From positions 65,100,001 to 65,164,000 of the forward strand of contig OZ024745.1 in assembly GCA_964016885.1 (NCBI GenBank): 64,000 nt of DNA. Direction: 5' to 3'. A program made the translations under genes and the position numbers. The notes beneath the pieces were generated by a model. That model had not been told where the DNA came from. It made no database searches and saw nothing but the letters and a program-made list of their open reading frames with translations. This DNA comes from Eledone cirrhosa. Lineage: Eukaryota. This document shows, piece by piece, positions 57,701-64,000 of this stretch (within the stretch, counting starts at the first letter, position 1; each line of letters begins with the position of its first letter).

Positions 57701-58369
57701 ATCCATTTTTTATTTGGGGATCCATTTTTTATTTGGGTGATCCATTTTTTATTTGGGTGATCCATTTTTTATTTGGGGGATACATTTTTTATTTGGGTGA
57801 TCCATTTTTTATTTGGGGGGGTCCATTTTTTATTTGGGGGATCCATTTTTATTTGGGTGATCCATTTTTTATTTGGGGGATCCATTTTTTATTTGGGTGA
57901 TCCCTTTTTTATTTGGGGGATCCATTTTTTATTTGGGTGATCCATTTTTTATTTGGGGGATCCATTTTTTATTTGGGGGATTCATTTTTTATTTGGGTGA
58001 TCCATTTTTTATTAGGGGGATCCATTTTTTATTTGGGTGATCCATTTTTATTTGGAGATCCATTTTTTATTTAGGTGATCCATTTTATAATTGGGTGATC
58101 CATTTTTTATTTGGGGGATCCATTTTTTATTTGGGGGATCCATTATTTATTTGGGTGATCCATCTTTTATTTGGGTGATCCATTTTTTATTTGGGTGATC
58201 CATTTTTTATTTGGGTGATCCATTTTTTATTTGGGTGATCCATTTTTATTTGGGGGATCCATTTTTTATTTGGGTGATCCATTTTTTATTTGGGGGATCC
58301 ATTTTTTATTTGGGTGATCCATTTTTTATTTGGGGGATCCATTTTTTATTTCGGGGATCCATTTTATAT

Positions 58370-61300
58370 TTGGGTGATTCATTTTTTATTTGGGGGATCC
58401 ATTTTTTATTTTGGGTGATCCATTTTTTATTAGGGGGATCCATTTTTTATTTGGGTGATCCATTTTTATTTGTAGATCCATTTTTTATTTGGGTGATCCA
58501 TTTTTTAATTGGATGATCCATTTTTTATTTGGGGGATCCATTTTTTATTTGGGGGATCCATTATTTATTTGGGTGATCCATTTTTTATTTGGGTGATCCA
58601 TTTTTTATTCGGGGGATCCATTTTTTATTTGGGTGATCCATTTTTTATTTGGGTGATCCATTTTTTAATTGGGGATCCATTTTTTATTTAGTTGATCCAT
58701 TTTTTAATTGGGTGATGCATTTTTTATTTGGGGGATCCATTTTTTATTTGGGGGATCCATTTTTTATTTGGGGGATCCATTGTTTATTTGGGTGATCCAT
58801 TTTTTATTTGGGTGATCCATTTTTTATTTGGGGGATCCATTTTGTATTTGGGTGATCCATTTTTTATTTGGGTGATCCATTTTTTATTTGGGTGATCCAT
58901 TTTTTATTTGTGGGATCCATTTTTTATTTGGGTGATCCATTTTTTATTTGGGGGATCCTTTTTTTATTTGGGTGATCCATTTTTTATTTGGGTGATCCAT
59001 TTTTTATTTGGGGGATCCATTTTTTATTTGGGTGATCCATTTTTTATTTGGGTGATCCATTTTTTATTTGGGGGATCCATTTTTTATTTGGGTGATCCAT
59101 TTTTTATTTGGGGGATCCATTTTTTATTTGGGGGATCCATTTTTTATTTGGGTGATCCATTTTTTATATGGGTGATCCATTTTTTATTTGGGGGGATCCA
59201 TTTTTAATTTGGGTGATCCATTTTTTATTTGGGGGATCCATTTTTTATTTGGGTGATCCATTTTTTATTTGGGGGATCCATTTTTTATTTGGGTGATCCA
59301 TTTTTTATTTGGGTGATCCATTTTTTAATTGGGTGATCCATTTTTTATTTGGGGGATCCATTTTTTATTTGGGTGATCCATTTTTTAGTTGGGTGGTCCA
59401 TTTTTTATTTGGGTGATCCATTTTTTATTTGGGGGATCCATTTTTTATTTGGGTGATCCATTTTTTATTTGGGGATCCATTTTTTATTTGGGTGATCCAT
59501 TTTTTATTTGGGTGATCCATTTTTTATTTGGGGGATCCATTTTTTATTTGGGTGATTCATTTTTTAATTGGGGGGTCCATTTTTTATTTGGGGGATCCAT
59601 TTTTATTTGGGTGATCCATTTTTTATTTGGGGGATCCATTTTTTATTTGGGTGATCCATTTTTTATTTGGGTTGATCCCTTTTTTATTTGGGGGATCCAT
59701 TTTTTATTTGGGTGATCCATTTTTTATTTGGGGGATCCATTTTTTATTTGGGTGATCCATTTTTTATTTGAGGGATCCATTTTATATTTGGGTGATCCAT
59801 TTTTTATTTGGGGGATCCATTATTTATTTGGGTGATCCATTTTTTATTTGGGTGATCCATTTTATATTTGGGTGATCCATTTTTTATTTGGGTGATCCAT
59901 TTTTTATTTGGGGATCCATTTTTTATTTGGGTGATCCATTTTTTATTTGGGTGATCCATTTTTTATTTGGGGGATCCATTTTTTATTTGGGTGATCCATT
60001 TTTTATTTGGGGATCCATTTTTTATTTGGGTGATCCATTTTTTATTTGGGTGATCCATTTTTTATTTGGGGGATCCATTTTTTATTTGGGTGATCCATTT
60101 TTTATTTGGGGGTCCATTTTTTATTTGGGGGATCCATTTTTATTTGGGTGATCCATTTTTTATTTGGGGGATCCATTTTTTATTTGAGTGATCCATTTTT
60201 TATTTGGGTTGATCCCTTTTTTATTTGGGGGATCCATTTTTTATTTGGGTGATCCATTTTTTATTTGGGGGATCCATTTTTTATTTGGGGGATCCATTTT
60301 TTATTTGGTTGATCCATTTTTTATTAGGGGGATCCATATTTTATTTGGGTGATCCATTTTAATTTGGAGATCCATTTTTTGTTTAGGTGATCCATTTTAT
60401 AATTGGGTGATCCATTTTTTATTTGGGGGATCCATTTTTTATTTGGGGGATCCATTATTTATTTGGGTGATCCATTTTTTATTTGGGTGATCCATTTTTT
60501 ATTTGGGTGATCCATTTTTTATTTGGGTGATCCATTTTTTATTTGGGTGATCCATTTTTTATTTGGGGGATCCATTTTTTATTTGGGTGATCCATTTTTT
60601 ATTTGGGTGATCCATTTTTTATTTGAGGGATCCATTTTATATTTGGGTGATCCATTTTTTATATGGGTGATCCATTTTTTATTTGGGGGATCCATTTTTT
60701 ATTTGGGGGATCCATTTTTTATTTGGGGGATCCATTTTTTATTTGGGGGATCCATTTTTTATTTCGGGGATCCATTTTTTATTTGGGTGATTCATTTTTT
60801 ATTTGGGGGATCCATTTTTTATTTGGGTAATCCATTTTTTTTATTTGGGGGTCCATTTTTTATTTGGGTGATCCATTTTTTATTTGGATGATCCATTTTT
60901 TAATTGGGTGATCCATTTTTATTTGGGTGATCCATTTTTTACTTGGGGGATCCATTTTTTATTTGGGTGATCCATTTTTTATTTTGCTGATTCATTTTTT
61001 ATTTGGGTGATCCATTTTTTATTTGGGGGATCCATTTTTTATTTGGGTGAACCATTTTTTATTTGGGAGATCCATTTTTTATTTGGGTGATCCATTTTTT
61101 ATTTGGGTGATCCATTTTTTATTTGGGGGATCCATTTTTTATTTGGGTGATCCATTTTTTATTTGGGTGATCCATTTTTTATTTGGGGGATCCATTTTTT
61201 ATTTGGGGGATCCATTTTTTATTTGGGTGATCCATTTTTATTTGGAGATCCATTTTGTATTTGGGTGATCCATTTTTTAATTGGGTGATCCATTTTTTAT

Positions 61301-63120
61301 TTGGGTGATCCATTTTTTATTTGGGTGGTCCATTTTTTATTTGGGTGATCCATTTTTTATTTGGGGGATCGATTTTTTATTTGGGTGATCCATTTTTTAT
61401 TTGGGGATCCATTTTTTATTTGGGTGATCCATTTTTTATTTGGGTGATCCATTTTTTATTTGGGGGATCCATTATTTATTTGGGTGATCCATTTTTTATT
61501 TGGGTGATCCATTTTTTATTTGGGGGATCCATTTTTTATTTGGGTGATCCATTTTTTATTTGGGTGATCCATTTTTTATTTGGGGGATCCATTTTTTATT
61601 TGGGGGATCCATTTTTTATTTGGGTGATCCATTTTTATTTGGAGATCCATTTTGTATTTGGGTGATCCATTTTTAATTTGGGTGATCCATTTTTTATTTG
61701 GGGGATCCATTTTTTATTTGGGTGATCCATTTTTTATTTGGGTGATCCATTTTTTATTTGGGGATCCATTTTTTATTTGGGTGATCCATTTTTTATTTGG
61801 GTGATCCATTTTTTATTTGGGGGATACATTTTTTATTTGGGTGATCCCTTTTTTATTTGGGGGATCCATTTTTTATTTGGGTGATCCTTTTTTTATTTGG
61901 GGGATCCATTTTTTATTTGGGGGATTCATTTTTTATTTGGGTGATCCATTTTTTATTAGGGGGATCCATTTTTTATTTGGGTGATCCATTTTTATTTGGA
62001 GATCCATTTTTTATTTAGGTGATCCATTTTATAATTGGGTGATCCATTTTTTATTTGGGGGATTCATTTTTTATTTGGAGGATCCATTATTTATTTGGGT
62101 GATCCATTTTTTATTTGGGTGATCCATTTTTTATTTGGGTGATCCATTTTTTATTTGGGTTGATCCCTTTTTTATTTGGGGGATCCATTTTTTATTTGGG
62201 TGATCCATTTTTTATTTTGGGGATTCATTTTTTATTTGGGTGATCCATTTTTTATTTGGGTGATCCATTTTTTATTTGGGTGATCCATTTTTTATTTGGG
62301 TGATCCATTTTTTATTTGGGTGATCCATTTTTTATTTGAGGGACCCATTTTATATTTGGGTGATCCATTTTTTATTTGGGTGATCCATTTTTTATTTGGG
62401 GGATCCCTTTTTTATTTGGGGGATCCATTTTTTATTTGGGGGATCCATTTTTTATTTGGGGGATCCATTTTTTATTTCGGGGATCCATTTTTTATTTGGG
62501 TGATTCATTTTTTATTTGGGGGATCCATTTTTTATTTGGGTGATCCATTTTTTTTATTTGGGGGTCCATTTTTTATTTGGGTGATCCATTTTTTATTTGG
62601 GTGATCCATTTTTTAATTGGGTGATCCATTTTTATTTGGGTGATCCATTTTTTACTTGGGGGATCCATTTTTTATTTGGGTGATCCATTTTTTATTTTGC
62701 TGATTCATTTTTTATTTGGGTGATTCATTTTTTATTTGGGGGATCCATTTTTTATTTGGGTGAACCATTTTTTATTTGGGGGGATCCATTTTTTATTTGG
62801 GTGATCCATTTTTTATTTGGGTGATCCATTTTTTATTTGGGGGATCCATTTTTTATTTGGGTGATCCATTTTTTATTTGGGGGATCCATTTTTTATTTGG
62901 GGGATTCATTTTTTATTTGGGTGATCCATTTTTTATTAGGGGGATCCATTTTTTATTTGGGTGATCCATTTTTATTTGGAGATCCATTTTTTATTTAGGT
63001 GATCCATTTTATAATTGGGTGATCCATTTTTTATTTGGGGGATCCATTTTTTATTTGGAGGATCCATTATTTATTTGGGTGATCCATTTTTTATTTGGGT
63101 GATCCATTTTTTATTTGGGT
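58370..63120. repeat. About 4.8-kb block homologous to about 8430-13280 and about 30970-35820
   Basis: Offsets of 49943-49944 (8565/58509, 9945/59888, 11377/61321), then 49845 after a 99-bp indel (12451/62296, 12931/62776). Confidence 0.82.
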
Positions 63121-64000
63121 GATTCATTTTTTATTTGGGGGATCCATTTTTTATTTGGGGGGTCCATTTTTTATTTGGGGGATCCATTTTTATTTGGGTG
63201 ATCCATTTTATATTTGGGGGATCCATTTTTTATTTGGGTGATCCATTTTTTATTTGGGTTGATCCCTTTTTTATTTGGGGGATCCATTTTTTATTTGGGT
63301 GATCCATTTTTTATTTGGAGGATCCACTTTTTATTTGGGTGATCCATTTTTTATTTGAGGGATCCATTTTATATTTGGGTGATCCATTTTTTATTTGGGG
63401 GATCCATTATTTATTTGGGTGATCCATTTTTTATTTGGGTGATCCATTTTTTATTTGGGTGATCCATTTTTTATTTGGGTGATCCATTTTTTATTTGGGT
63501 GATCCATTTTTTATTTGGGGGATCCATTTTTTATTTGGGTGATCCATTTTTTATTTGGGGATCCATTTTTTATTTGGGTGATCCATTTTTTATTTGGGTG
63601 ATCCATTTTTTATTTGGGGGATACATTTTTTATTTGGGTGATCCATTTTTTATTTGGGGGGGTCCATTTTTTATTTGGGGGATCCATTTTTATTTGGGGG
63701 ATCCATTTTTTATTTGGGGGATCCATTTTTTATTTGGGTGATCCCTTTTTTATTTGGGGGATCCATTTTTTATTTGGGTGATCCATTTTTTATTTGGGGG
63801 ATCCATTTTTTATTTGGGTGATCCATTTTTTATTTGGGGGATCCATTTTTTATTTGGGTGATCCATTTTTTATTTGGGGGATCCATTTTTTATTTCGGGG
63901 ATCCATTTTATATTTGGGTGATTCATTTTTTATTTGGGGGATCCATTTTTTATTTTGGGTGATCCATTTTTTATTAGGGGGATCCATTTTTTATTTGGGT

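Larger units (their letters stand above)
1..64000. repeat. 20-bp tandem satellite array, consensus TTTGGG(T/G)GATCCATTTTTTA, about 3,200 head-to-tail monomers, open at both window edges
   Basis: Directly visible throughout, e.g. 1-20 tttgggtgatccatttttta and 81-100 tttgggggatccatttttta. Deviations are only scattered substitutions and 1-2 bp indels. No non-repeat segment or inversion was seen. Confidence 0.99.
43990..64000. repeat. Irregular higher-order period of about 6.7-7.0 kb (about 3 units)
   Basis: The same 88-aa pseudo-ORF occurs at 43995, 50955, 57634 and 63475. Offsets are 6960 (45751/52711, 46488/53448) and 6678-6699 (49558/56257, 50456/57135, 52711/59389). The G7 marker gggggggtcc is at about 44176, 51136, 57835 and 63656. 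Confidence 0.75.

Noticed and set aside
6-63741. Numerous hydrophobic ORFs repeating GDPFFIWVIHFLFGGSIFYL
   Set aside because: They are translations of three 20-bp monomers (60 bp = 20 codons). They start at TTG or GTG within the repeat, end at the TGA of T-type monomers or at variant TAG/TAA, overlap in shifting frames and are broken by frequent frameshifts. The minus strand has TAA in nearly every monomer, which explains the absence of minus-strand ORFs.
1-64000. CRISPR array or other repeat-spacer system
   Set aside because: Monomers abut directly with no unique spacers, and there is no leader or cas gene.
1-64000. Variants as sequencing or homopolymer errors, or the array as a synthetic concatemer
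   Set aside because: Homopolymer-length variants recur at homologous positions in paralogous blocks (e.g. T7 at about 10892 and 33432 vs T8 at about 27271, 46800 and 60835, and the G6 and G7 markers). They form a nested hierarchy with private differences, as expected for real evolved sequence. Misassembly of individual blocks is still possible.
1-64000. Bacterial oriC-like GATC cluster, plasmid iterons or rho-independent terminators
   Set aside because: There are no DnaA boxes, rep gene or any other gene. About 3,200 copies is far beyond iteron arrays, and the only dyad is the 4-6 bp GATC/GGATCC, too short to form a terminator stem ahead of the T-tracts.
1-64000. Assignment to a specific organism or named satellite family
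   Set aside because: I do not recognise this monomer with confidence, and the window has no unique flanking sequence. A database search is needed.

Overview
The whole 64 kb window is one uninterrupted, single-orientation satellite array of a 20-bp monomer, consensus TTTGGG(T/G)GATCCATTTTTTA, about 3,200 copies at about 30-35% GC. I saw no unique sequence, gene, RNA gene, transposon or CRISPR array, and every ORF in the supplied track is a translation artefact of the repeat. The informative structure lies in the variants. Two major monomer types (T-type GGGTGATCC and G-type GGGGGATCC) tend toward a G-T-T 60-bp sub-period. A small set of rare, diagnostic variant monomers reveals nested higher-order duplications with offsets of about 0.94-1.1, 1.8, 3.2, 3.79, 6.7-7.0, 12.4 and 18.5-22.5 kb. 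Indels between copies are close to whole multiples of the monomer. This looks like an actively evolving, most likely eukaryotic, centromeric, heterochromatic or subtelomeric satellite. Neither the organism nor the function can be determined from the sequence alone. Duplication offsets were derived from recurring ORF-track coordinates and checked by eye against diagnostic variants, so breakpoints are approximate.
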